Source: Candidatus Aenigmatarchaeota archaeon
GTDB taxonomy: Archaea; Aenigmatarchaeota; Aenigmatarchaeia; Aenigmatarchaeales; Aenigmatarchaeaceae
NCBI GenBank assembly: GCA_043802485.1
Contig: JAZDKZ010000005.1
Span: 15,485-79,484, forward strand
DNA length: 64,000 nt
Direction: 5' to 3'
Under the pieces are notes generated by a model. It was given only the letters and a program-made list of their open reading frames with translations. It was not told the origin of the DNA and ran no database searches. Positions within the stretch are counted from its first letter, which is position 1. Each line of letters begins with the position of its first letter. This document shows positions 8,283 through 17,117 of this stretch, in pieces. The position numbers and the translations under genes are program-made.

Positions 8283-10673
8283 ATGAAGCTGTATCTGTTG
8301 GATGCAGACTATTTTGACGAGAACAATAGGTCTGTCATAAGGCTTTTCTGCAAGGATTCGAAAGGTGGGACAGTGGTTGCCTTGGATTATGACTTCTACC
8401 CATACTTCTATGTGTTGCCTAAGAAAGGCAAGATGAAGGAGCTGAAAAAAAGGATTGAAGGCATACAGTCTGTGAAGATCAAGGGAACTGAAATAGTCAA
8501 GAAAACCCTTGAAGCCGAGCAAAAGCTTGTCAAGGTTTACTGCTATCTAGCAAGTGACATCTCAAAGGCAAGGGACATAATAAAGGCCTGGAGGGATTTG
8601 GTCGATGGCTCTTACGAATATTCATTGAACTTCTACAAAAGGTACCTCATAGACAAGGGCATTGAAGGCTGGATAGATGTTGAGGGCAAAGAAGTGAAGA
8701 AAAGTTATCAGGCTGTCAAGATTGTCAGAATAAGCAAGCTGGAAGCTTTGGATGAAAACGACCTGCCCAAGCTAAAGCTTATGGCATTTGACACAGAGAC
8801 CATAGACGAGGGCGGCAAGCAGAAGCTGATAATGATATCATTAAAGTCAGATAGTTTTGAAAGGGTTCTGACCTACAAGAAAGGCAAGGGTAAGTTCTTG
8901 GAGGTTCTTGAGAGCGAAGAAAGGCTTCTAGAAAGGTTCGTGGAGCTTGTCAATGAACAGGACCCTGACATACTGTTTGGCTACAACACAGACGAGTTCG
9001 ACTTCCAGGTCCTCAGGGACAGGGCAGACGCTTACCCCAACTTCAAGCTGGTGCTTTCAAGAGACGGCTCAAGAATGAAGTTCTCCAGAAGGGCCAGAGT
9101 CTCCACAGCCAAGCTGAACGGAAGGGTCCACATAGACCTTTTCCAGTTCATCAGAACAGTGCTGTCACCGCAGCTGCAGACAGAGGTGCTCACCCTAGAC
9201 GCGGTTTCATCAGAACTGCTGAACGACAAGAAGATCGAGAAAGATTATGCAGAGATTAATGATGCTTGGAAAAAAGGAAAGGGAATCGGAAAGCTGGCAG
9301 AATATTGCCTGAAGGACTCGGAACTTGCATTAAATCTAGGAAAGTTCATGCTTCCCCAGATTTATCAGCTGGCAAAGCTTTCCGGCCAGCTGCTGTTTGA
9401 CGCCTCGAGGATGACCTACTCCCAGCTGGTGGAAGGCTATCTTTCCAAAAAGGCGTTCGCAATGAACATGATAATTCCCAACCAACCCAAGTGGTCAGAC
9501 GTCCAGGAAAGAAGGAACTATTCTCCCTATGTAGGAGGCTTTGTCAAGGAACCTATAGGAGGCCTGCATGACGACATAGCTGTGCTGGATTTCAGGAGCC
9601 TTTATCCGTCGATAATAGCCACCTTCAATATATCACCTGAAACCTTCAACTGCTCCTGCTGCAAAAAGAACGGCTTCCAAGTTCCTGATAGAGATTATTG
9701 GTTCTGTAAAAAGAGGAAAGGTTTTGTCTCTTCTGTGATAAGGGAACTGATAGAAAGAAGGGAGAGAACAAAGGAAAGGATGAAGACTGGCTCTGACCAC
9801 AACGGTCTGGACAACGAGCAGTTTGCTGTCAAGACGGTCGCAAATGCAACATACGGCTATTTCGGCTTCCCTGGCTCGAAATGGTACTGCAGGGAATGCG
9901 CTGACTCTTCTGCTGCTTTCGGGAGGTTCTACATCAAAAAAGTCATTGAAGAGGGGGTGAAGGAAGGCTTTGAGGTCATATACGCTGACACTGACTCCAT
10001 GTTTGTGAAGAGTAATGGCGACCTGAAAAGAAAGGTGAACGCCTTCCTGAAGAAGACGAACAAGATACTTCCAGGAATATTGAAGCTGGAATTACAGGGC
10101 ATCTATAGGAGGGGTATATTCATACCAAGAGGGGTCGGTCCAGGAACTGCCAAGAAGAGGTACGCTTTGATAGACAGGAAAGGCGTGTTGACGATAAGGG
10201 GCTTGGAAAAGGTAAGGAAGGACTGGAGCAATGTCGCCAAGGACACACAGGAGCAGGTGCTAAAGCTGATCCTGGAAAAGAAGGATGTTGACGGTTCGGT
10301 AAAATATGTAAGAAATGTCATCAGGAATCTTAGAAACGGAAAGATTCCTCTCAAGGACCTGATAATCATCGAGCAGCTAACAAAGCCGTTGTCAGAATAC
10401 AGGTTAAAAAGTCCTCATGTAGTTGCCGCGCAAAAGATAAAGGAAAGGGGGCGTCCCATAGGAGCAGGCATGCCCATACTTTTCGTTATAACAAAAGGCA
10501 AAGGATCAATATCCGACAGGGCCGAGCCTTTCGAGGACGCTGCCTTGAAGGACATTGACAACAGCTATTATATCTCAAATCAGATTGTCCCGGCCGCCCT
10601 GAGGGTCCTGACTGTCCTGGGCGTGACAGAGCAGGACTTGCTGGGCGAAAGCCTGAAGAGCTTTCTGAAATAA
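8283..10673 (+). CDS. polB: family B DNA polymerase with intact 3'-5' exonuclease motifs
   Basis: ExoI AFDTET, ExoII GYNTDEFDF, ExoIII YCLKD; pol motifs DFRSLYPSII, K.VANATYGY, YADTDS, KKRY; PIP-box-like C-terminus SLKSFL. Confidence 0.96.
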   Translation: MKLYLLDADYFDENNRSVIRLFCKDSKGGTVVALDYDFYPYFYVLPKKGKMKELKKRIEGIQSVKIKGTEIVKKTLEAEQKLVKVYCYLASDISKARDIIKAWRDLVDGSYEYSLNFYKRYLIDKGIEGWIDVEGKEVKKSYQAVKIVRISKLEALDENDLPKLKLMAFDTETIDEGGKQKLIMISLKSDSFERVLTYKKGKGKFLEVLESEERLLERFVELVNEQDPDILFGYNTDEFDFQVLRDRADAYPNFKLVLSRDGSRMKFSRRARVSTAKLNGRVHIDLFQFIRTVLSPQLQTEVLTLDAVSSELLNDKKIEKDYAEINDAWKKGKGIGKLAEYCLKDSELALNLGKFMLPQIYQLAKLSGQLLFDASRMTYSQLVEGYLSKKAFAMNMIIPNQPKWSDVQERRNYSPYVGGFVKEPIGGLHDDIAVLDFRSLYPSIIATFNISPETFNCSCCKKNGFQVPDRDYWFCKKRKGFVSSVIRELIERRERTKERMKTGSDHNGLDNEQFAVKTVANATYGYFGFPGSKWYCRECADSSAAFGRFYIKKVIEEGVKEGFEVIYADTDSMFVKSNGDLKRKVNAFLKKTNKILPGILKLELQGIYRRGIFIPRGVGPGTAKKRYALIDRKGVLTIRGLEKVRKDWSNVAKDTQEQVLKLILEKKDVDGSVKYVRNVIRNLRNGKIPLKDLIIIEQLTKPLSEYRLKSPHVVAAQKIKERGRPIGAGMPILFVITKGKGSISDRAEPFEDAALKDIDNSYYISNQIVPAALRVLTVLGVTEQDLLGESLKSFLK

Positions 10674-10711
10674 TAAGAACCGGTTTTCCCATAAGATGTT
10701 AAAGTGTTTGG

Positions 10712-11044
10712 ATGAAAATCAGGATAAAAAACAGGGTAATAGAAGCAGAGGTTGCAGACAACCTTTTCAAGAGAATGATGGGCCTGAGCTTCTCCAGAAG
10801 GAAGAACATGTTCTTTCCCATGGAATTCGAGTCCAGATGGTCCCTGTGGATGTTTGCTGTAAAGTATCCGTTGAAGATGATATTCATAGACAAGAAAAAA
10901 AGAGTAGTTGACATAAAGAACGGGATGCCCATAACATCGGACCCGGAGACGTGGAAAACTTACACGCCATCTGAACCGTGCAAATATATTCTGGAGACGC
11001 CGTTTGTTTTGGATGTTAAAGTCGGAGACATGCTAAGCTGGTAG
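10712..11044 (+). CDS. DUF192 family protein
   Basis: EVAD....RM.GL, MFF, WM..VKYPL.MIFID, YILE, GD. Confidence 0.85.
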   Translation: MKIRIKNRVIEAEVADNLFKRMMGLSFSRRKNMFFPMEFESRWSLWMFAVKYPLKMIFIDKKKRVVDIKNGMPITSDPETWKTYTPSEPCKYILETPFVLDVKVGDMLSW

Positions 11045-11046
11045 CA

Positions 11047-11526
11047 ATGACAAAGGTCTTCATTGGAAAAACGGAGAGTAAGGGTAGAGGCCTTTTTGTA
11101 AAAGCAGACATCAAAAAATACGAAAGAATTTTTTCTTTCAATGGAAAGAAAACAAAGGCTTCTTACGATTCCAACTATACAATCGGAAGCAGGTGGCTTG
11201 GAATAGGCAGATTTACATGGCTTGCTGTTTCTAGCAAAAACCCTGGTTATTACATAAATCATTCCTGCAAACCAAATGCTGGTTTGAAGGGCGTACTTAC
11301 AGTGGTTGCAATGCGCAACATAAAAAAAGGTGAGGAAATAACGATAGACTATTCAACAACAGAAGAAGATCCTTATTGGAAAATGGTATGCAGATGCGGG
11401 GAGAAAAAATGCAGAAAGACGATAAGAAACATACAGTTTATTCCAAAAAAGTCGTTTAGAAAATATAAGGAATTTATACAAGTTTTTCCAAAGGGCTTAC
11501 CTAAAACATGCTGGCAAGTCCCCTAA
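11047..11526 (+). CDS. SET-domain protein-lysine methyltransferase with post-SET Zn motif
   Basis: GRGLF, YINHSCKPN, A.RNIKKGEEITIDY, post-SET CRCGEKKCR. Confidence 0.9.
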   Translation: MTKVFIGKTESKGRGLFVKADIKKYERIFSFNGKKTKASYDSNYTIGSRWLGIGRFTWLAVSSKNPGYYINHSCKPNAGLKGVLTVVAMRNIKKGEEITIDYSTTEEDPYWKMVCRCGEKKCRKTIRNIQFIPKKSFRKYKEFIQVFPKGLPKTCWQVP

Positions 11527-11640
11527 ACCTTTATGATGCCTTACGCAGAGGCAGCAGACGCCGTGCCTCTCACAAGAAGTGTAGGTGCACGGACAGTCCT
11601 CTTCGTTCTTTTTCTGATTGGAACATTTTTCTCTGGACAT
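11497..11640 (-). CDS. small Cys-rich protein (DUF6485-like), not in the ORF track
   Basis: Manual translation MSREKCSNQKKNEEDCPCTYTSCERHGVCCLCVRHHKGLGDLPACFR* (47 aa; CxC..C...G.CC.C..H....LPACF). Confidence 0.75.
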   Translation of the reverse strand: MSREKCSNQKKNEEDCPCTYTSCERHGVCCLCVRHHKGLGDLPACFR

Positions 11641-11681
11641 GATATCTTGAATATAAATATTGTCAGCCAAATAAAAGTCTT

Positions 11682-12416
11682 ATGGAATCCGATAAAGTAA
11701 AGGAACTCGTTAAGAAGCGTTATTCCGAAATAGCGAAAGGTAAAGTGTGTTGCAGCTGTAAAAGCTGTAACAATGATGTGTCAAAATCAATCGGTTATTC
11801 TGACGACGAATTGAAGAATTTCTCTGAAGCTAACATGGGGCTTGGCTGCGGCAGTCCGACCGCGCTGGGAAGGCTAAAGGAAGGTGATACTGTTCTTGAT
11901 TTGGGAAGCGGGGCAGGACTGGACTGCTTCCTAGCAGCCAAAAAGGTCGGCAACAGTGGAAGAGTTATAGGAGTTGACATGACAGAGGAGATGATAAATA
12001 AAGCCAGGGGAAACGCTGAAAAATACGGCTTTAGTAATGTGGAATTCATGCTCGGAGAAATAGAGAACCTTCCGTTAGAAGACCTATCGGTGGACGTGAT
12101 AATAAGCAACTGTGTGATAAACCTGTCGCCGAACAAGGACAAGGTTTTCGGAGAGGCCTATCGCGTCCTCAGGAAAGGTGGACGCTTGTTCGTATCTGAT
12201 ATAGTATTACTAGAGGAGTTGTCTGAGGAACAGAAGAACAATGTTGACCTGCTTACAGGATGTGTTGCAGGCGCACTTATGAAAGATGATTATATGAGAA
12301 GAATAAAGGATGCCGGCTTCTCTGTGGGTATAATAAAGGAAAATAAAAGCATAAGCAAGGAACAGTATAATGGAATAGCATTGGAAAGTTTAGGTATTGA
12401 AGCCACAAAGGATTGA
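11682..12416 (+). CDS. arsM: arsenite S-adenosylmethionine methyltransferase
   Basis: GLGCGSP, VLDLGSGAGLDCFLAA, GVDMT..M, SNCVINL, GCVAGA. Confidence 0.88.
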   Translation: MESDKVKELVKKRYSEIAKGKVCCSCKSCNNDVSKSIGYSDDELKNFSEANMGLGCGSPTALGRLKEGDTVLDLGSGAGLDCFLAAKKVGNSGRVIGVDMTEEMINKARGNAEKYGFSNVEFMLGEIENLPLEDLSVDVIISNCVINLSPNKDKVFGEAYRVLRKGGRLFVSDIVLLEELSEEQKNNVDLLTGCVAGALMKDDYMRRIKDAGFSVGIIKENKSISKEQYNGIALESLGIEATKD

Positions 12417-12420
12417 TAAC

Positions 12421-13308
12421 ATGGAAAAAGAAATAGAAGAAAAATACTTGAAAGCCGGCAAGATAGCCAGGCAAGTTAGGGATTATGCCTGCGAGCTTGT
12501 GCAGCCCGGTGCATTCGTCGTCGACATCGCAGAGAAGGCAGAACAAAGAGTTAGGATGCTCGGCGGCGAGATTGCCTTCCCGATTAACATTTCCATAAAC
12601 GACATGGCTGCCCATTATCATCCCGAACAAAATGACCAGACATCCATCAAGGAAGAGGACTATGTCAAGATAGACGTCGGCATCCATGTTGACGGCTACA
12701 TAGGAGACACTGCAAGGACTGTAAGGATAGCAGGCAAGGACGATTTGATAATATGTTCTGAGAAGATGCTTGAGGTTGCGATAGCATTGGCAAAGCCTGG
12801 AACCACTATCGGCGATTTAGGTGAGGCAATCGAGAACGTTGCCAAGGAGTTCGGCTTCAATTCTGTGAGGAACCTAACAGGCCACAGCCTCGGAAGGCTT
12901 GACGTCCATGCTGGCCTGATAGTACCCAACATAAAGAACGACTCACAGTATCAACTGAGGGAAGACGAGGTGATAGCAATAGAGCCGTTCTGCACTGCCG
13001 GCAGCGGCATTGTGAAGGATTCAGGCAAGCCGCTGATACTGAGGTGGATAATCGACAGGCCTACCAGATTGCCTGAGGCAAGGAAGATTCTGGAAATGGC
13101 AAGGAACGATTTCCAGAGGCTGCCTTTTGCCAAAAGGTGGCTGCAGAAAAAATTCTCGCCGCTGAAGGTTGAACTGAGCCTCAAGGAGCTGCTGAACTCC
13201 AACGCTCTTTATGGCTACGAGCCTTTGAGGGAAGTATCTGGCAAGCCTGTGGCGCAGGCTGAACATACAGTGATTGTGAAAGAGAAGCCGCTTGTCACAA
13301 CATATTAG
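12421..13308 (+). CDS. map: methionine aminopeptidase type II
   Basis: AFP.NIS.N..AAHY, KIDVG.HVDGYIGDTA, NLTGH, AIEPF, AQAEHT. Confidence 0.95.
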   Translation: MEKEIEEKYLKAGKIARQVRDYACELVQPGAFVVDIAEKAEQRVRMLGGEIAFPINISINDMAAHYHPEQNDQTSIKEEDYVKIDVGIHVDGYIGDTARTVRIAGKDDLIICSEKMLEVAIALAKPGTTIGDLGEAIENVAKEFGFNSVRNLTGHSLGRLDVHAGLIVPNIKNDSQYQLREDEVIAIEPFCTAGSGIVKDSGKPLILRWIIDRPTRLPEARKILEMARNDFQRLPFAKRWLQKKFSPLKVELSLKELLNSNALYGYEPLREVSGKPVAQAEHTVIVKEKPLVTTY

Positions 13309-13459
13309 CTATCGCCAACAGCACCTGCTTTAGAATCTGCTTGAATATGGCTATTATCGAAGTGGACAGGCTGACGAAAAAACCCGTCACGCTTGAAGGC
13401 ATCTCGAATGCTACTGCCATGACAACTATTGCTAGAATTAAAATAGCAACCTTTCTCAT
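13295..13459 (-). CDS. small membrane/secreted protein, not in the ORF track
   Basis: Manual translation MRKVAILILAIVVMAVAFEMPSSVTGFFVSLSTSIIAIFKQILKQVLLAIANML* (54 aa). Confidence 0.55.
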   Translation of the reverse strand: MRKVAILILAIVVMAVAFEMPSSVTGFFVSLSTSIIAIFKQILKQVLLAIANML

Positions 13460-13487
13460 AGAATATATTTGACTGGGACTGCTTTAA

Positions 13488-15623
13488 TTATTTTCTATTC
13501 TTCTTTATCTTCTTCTCGCTTTCCATTATGTTCTTCAGTTCCTTTATGTCCTTTGTTATCTCCGTCTCAAGGTCCTTGACCTTCTCCTCCTTGAGCTCCA
13601 AGGTCTTTGGCTTTGCCTTGTTTATTTTAGGCAGGTTGGCAGAAAACATTTTCTTTATGCCGCTCAGACCGCTCTTTGATTTTTTCCCGGATTTTGCACC
13701 GCCCATTTTCATCAGATTCTGCGTCAGCATACCCCTCTTCATGAAGACTATCAGCGAAAGCGCAATGCCCAGAACAAGAATCATATAAGGGAAGTATTCC
13801 GAACTCATTGACAGCAGGCCTGTAGGCAGGGCCCATCCGCTCGTCTCGTTGCCATTATCAGAAAGGACCTCCAACTCGGCATCTTCACTGGTAACAGCAG
13901 CGACCACAACCTCCTCCGCCGTATTGTTTGAGCTGACTGTCAGGGTTACTATGGTTTCCCTGGTAAGGCTTGCCCCTGAGAAAAGGTTCTTTCCAAGGGC
14001 CTTTACCTTTATGCTGTAAGTGTCTGCCGTGGCATTTGCAGGAATGTTAAGCGTCATCTTGACTTTTTCCGTTGTGCCATCCTTTAATCTCGATATCATT
14101 GTTTTGTCAAGAGCATACCAACCAGAGTCGATGCCTGAAACTGTTATGCTGGTTACGTTTATGTCGTTTTCATAGGTGTTGATTAAGGAGAATGATATTA
14201 CCTTGCTCGAGCCTGCATCCATTGTTATCGTAGATTCGGACGCAGACAGGGTGAACTGGCCCTGGACTGAAGTTGTGTCGCTACTTGTATCAGCACCACC
14301 TAGCGTATCGCCACCATCAAAAGTAGCAACAACAAGATTTTTAGAATCATAGCCAATAGAATAGTTCCTATTACCTACACTATTACAATTATAGGTAAAT
14401 GTTCCTGTACTAGAAGGTACAACAAAAGAACATGAAACAGAATTATTTCCTGAACAAGTAGATATTCCTGAACCTGTTATATATAGAGTTAGATTATGTG
14501 CTGGAGAAACAGAACATGTTGCAACAACATTACTCGACGGTGTTGTTGTATATGTATCAAGGCCTAAACTCACAACAACCACTATCCTATTTATCAAAAA
14601 TGTCAATGAATCGGTTGATATTTCTATGCTGTTGTTATCAACAGCTATCCATCTGTAATCGTAACTACCGCCTCCCAAGTCAGTAAAGTTTATCCAATAA
14701 ATATCACCACTCTGATTAATGGTTATATTATTATAAGTTGTAGAATTATCAACTGTGTAATTTTGAGTCCCATTTATAAAATCTGCCTCAAAGATAACTT
14801 GAGAAACATTTCCTGTAATATCTATCTGGAAACCATAATTCCTTCCTTGTGTATAATTTGAACCTGAAGCTACACTTGTCTGATTATCAGACCAAATAAT
14901 ATTTGCAATATTAAAGAAATATGTCTTTGATCCATTGGTATAGTTTTCGTCACTATCATCCCAATATGAAGTAATGTAAAACGTTCCGATACTAGTCAGA
15001 TTTATAGAATCTGTAACAAAGGATGTGTTGTTGCTAAGAATAGTCCATCCAGTGTAATTAGAATCCAAATAAACTGTTTTATTAGGTAATAACAGATAAG
15101 ATGAGAAGTTTACTGTTTGATTCAAGAAATATGTCTTGTTGCCTTCTTCGCCATTTAGTTTTAGTGTGACGTTTGTCGAATTTTGAGCTACCTCATAAAT
15201 CCAGTATTCTCCATTATTTGTAACATTAGAGTCATCTGTCTCGTCATTGGCATAAAATTTCCACACATAAGTTCCTACTGCTAAATCGCTTACGTTAAAA
15301 TAATATACATCACTTTCGTTTGTAATTACTGTATCATTATGGGGAATCGTGTTTCCTGTAAAATTATGCTCTATAAGGACGAGATTGACTTGGTTTATAG
15401 CATCGGTCCAAGTCACGTTAAACTGATAATTCTGTCCAGGAGAGTATTGAGACCCAGAAGTAACTGAAGTTGTATTATTAGACCATTGAGGTGTATTATC
15501 CATAAAACCGATATTGACATCCATTCCTATCCCAAAACCATCTTCGGCAGCATACACTGTGAAAGAAAACACTGCCAAAAATAGGAAAACTGATAGAACC
15601 GCGGTAATGTTGTTGTTTTTCAT
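13488..15623 (-). CDS. cell-surface glycoprotein with Ig-like domains and C-terminal membrane anchor
   Basis: Signal peptide, many NxS/T sequons, repeated 'WSxNxTSV.SGS.Y..G.NY.F' module, TM helix and Lys-rich cytoplasmic tail. Confidence 0.8.
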   Translation of the reverse strand: MKNNNITAVLSVFLFLAVFSFTVYAAEDGFGIGMDVNIGFMDNTPQWSNNTTSVTSGSQYSPGQNYQFNVTWTDAINQVNLVLIEHNFTGNTIPHNDTVITNESDVYYFNVSDLAVGTYVWKFYANDETDDSNVTNNGEYWIYEVAQNSTNVTLKLNGEEGNKTYFLNQTVNFSSYLLLPNKTVYLDSNYTGWTILSNNTSFVTDSINLTSIGTFYITSYWDDSDENYTNGSKTYFFNIANIIWSDNQTSVASGSNYTQGRNYGFQIDITGNVSQVIFEADFINGTQNYTVDNSTTYNNITINQSGDIYWINFTDLGGGSYDYRWIAVDNNSIEISTDSLTFLINRIVVVVSLGLDTYTTTPSSNVVATCSVSPAHNLTLYITGSGISTCSGNNSVSCSFVVPSSTGTFTYNCNSVGNRNYSIGYDSKNLVVATFDGGDTLGGADTSSDTTSVQGQFTLSASESTITMDAGSSKVISFSLINTYENDINVTSITVSGIDSGWYALDKTMISRLKDGTTEKVKMTLNIPANATADTYSIKVKALGKNLFSGASLTRETIVTLTVSSNNTAEEVVVAAVTSEDAELEVLSDNGNETSGWALPTGLLSMSSEYFPYMILVLGIALSLIVFMKRGMLTQNLMKMGGAKSGKKSKSGLSGIKKMFSANLPKINKAKPKTLELKEEKVKDLETEITKDIKELKNIMESEKKIKKNRK

Positions 15624-15680
15624 AGGCTCACATTAAGGTTTTATTTGAAATCTATTTAAACCTATTAATTATAAGCATAC

Positions 15681-15688
15681 TTATAAAT
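15681..15688 (+). promoter_or_regulatory. TATA box candidate of the histone gene (leaderless geometry)
   Basis: TTATAAAT ending 24 nt before ATG 15712. Confidence 0.5.
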
Positions 15689-15711
15689 ATTTCTTTAGTC
15701 ATAGAATCATT

Positions 15712-15930
15712 ATGCCTAGAAAAAGGTCCATTATAGCAGCTGCCCCAATGGCAGAAATCCTGAAGAGCGCAGGGGCAGAAAGGGTCTCAGAACCGGCCGC
15801 CCGAGCTCTGGCTGAAATAGTCAAGGAATATACCTTCGAGCTGGCCAAGGATGCTGTCAAGTTCGCAAAGCACGCTGGTAGAAAGACTGTAAAAAGGGAA
15901 GATATAGAATTGGCCAGAAAAAGGGTTTAA
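15712..15930 (+). CDS. archaeal histone (HMf-like)
   Basis: AP...ILK.AGAERVS..A..AL......[18 protein letters not shown] histone fold. Confidence 0.95.
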   Translation: MPRKRSIIAAAPMAEILKSAGAERVSEPAARALAEIVKEYTFELAKDAVKFAKHAGRKTVKREDIELARKRV

Positions 15931-15931
15931 A

Positions 15932-16264
15932 ATGGGATTTTTTCATAAAAAATGGTCCTGGATTATTCTATTTTTGCTACTAATTCTTTTTCTAGCTTGG
16001 TCACCTTGGCTAACAAAAGGCTTTGCAGAACAAAGAGTTGTAGATGATTTTAATGAAAAATGGTACGGTGTGATGGACGGTTGTGGATTCAATTGTGATG
16101 GTTGTGGTGTCTATAGGTCAAATAAGATATTTTTTGGATATGAAGTAATTATTATGTACAGTTGTGGTATGACTTTGTCCCCAATTCCTGAATGGCAAGA
16201 TAAAATGTTCGTGTCGTCTTTAGGAACTGTACACACTCAAAGTCATGAAACTAATTTGGACTGA
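15932..16264 (+). CDS. membrane-anchored hypothetical protein with CGFNCDGC motif
   Basis: N-terminal TM helix, Cys cluster; starts 1 nt after the histone stop. Confidence 0.65.
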   Translation: MGFFHKKWSWIILFLLLILFLAWSPWLTKGFAEQRVVDDFNEKWYGVMDGCGFNCDGCGVYRSNKIFFGYEVIIMYSCGMTLSPIPEWQDKMFVSSLGTVHTQSHETNLD

Positions 16265-16266
16265 AA

Positions 16267-16764
16267 TCAACCAATGTACCTTGTACAGGACCTGTCAAAG
16301 CCCTTTACAAGCCTGACCGGCTCTTCTATCTTCGGTGCGCCTTCTGGATAGACAAAATTAGGAAAGAACTTTCTAATGTCCTTTGATATCTCTGTTACGA
16401 CGTTCTTCTCGCCAAATATCTCCTTGCTTATCTCATACGCAAGCTCGCAGACATCATGCTCGTCGTAAATGCCAAGGCTGTGCAGATACTCGTGTAATAG
16501 AACGTGGAAGATGTACGGGTTCAGCAGTTTCGAATCAGTCTCCTGTATCCTTTTCAGCGGCGTCTCGTTCATCACTATCATGTTTGAGCCTGTGACATAG
16601 TAGGCTCCCACAAAGCCTTGCGGCTGGTTGCCCATTTCCACAAGGCCGAGCTCCAAACCTGCACGGCTCCTCCTGAGGCTCTTCCAGACTGCGTCTTTCA
16701 CAACCTCGAATATGTCAGGAATCGAAGTCGATTCGTTTATCTTGCAAATAAAATCTCTGTCCAT
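16267..16764 (-). CDS. minimal zincin-like metallopeptidase (HEXXH), C-terminus RYIG
   Basis: VGAYY strand, VLLHEYLHSLG..DE; ATG 16764 lies just downstream of the preceding gene's stop. Confidence 0.75.
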   Translation of the reverse strand: MDRDFICKINESTSIPDIFEVVKDAVWKSLRRSRAGLELGLVEMGNQPQGFVGAYYVTGSNMIVMNETPLKRIQETDSKLLNPYIFHVLLHEYLHSLGIYDEHDVCELAYEISKEIFGEKNVVTEISKDIRKFFPNFVYPEGAPKIEEPVRLVKGFDRSCTRYIG

Positions 16765-16768
16765 AAAT

Positions 16769-17107
16769 CTAACCAATGTACCTTGTGTTCTCAACGTCTT
16801 TGTATTTCTTCTTCACAGCTTCTGCCTTGGGAAGCGCGATCTTCCCGAACTTTTTCTCATAGTTCTTGACGTTCTTCTGCAGGATGTCCGCAAAGGACTT
16901 GGCAAACTGCGGGTCCAGTATCACCGTGTTGTGCTTTATGGTGAAGGTCTGCTGCATCTTGCCGTTTATGTTGTCCAATCTCGGAACTGTTTGGGAAAAG
17001 TCTATGATGAACTTGTTCGGATTGTGCAGCACCGAGACGTTGTCAGTGAAGAACGCGTCATTGTTGTGATCGATTTTTAGATTAACTCTTTCTTGTTTTT
17101 CAGCCAT
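16769..17107 (-). CDS. DUF3467-like protein, C-terminus RYIG
   Basis: F.D.VSV.H....FIIDF...VILDP..AK.F..IL..NV..YEKKFGKI; SD GGTGA before ATG 17107. Confidence 0.8.
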   Translation of the reverse strand: MAEKQERVNLKIDHNNDAFFTDNVSVLHNPNKFIIDFSQTVPRLDNINGKMQQTFTIKHNTVILDPQFAKSFADILQKNVKNYEKKFGKIALPKAEAVKKKYKDVENTRYIG

Positions 17108-17117
17108 TATTATCACC

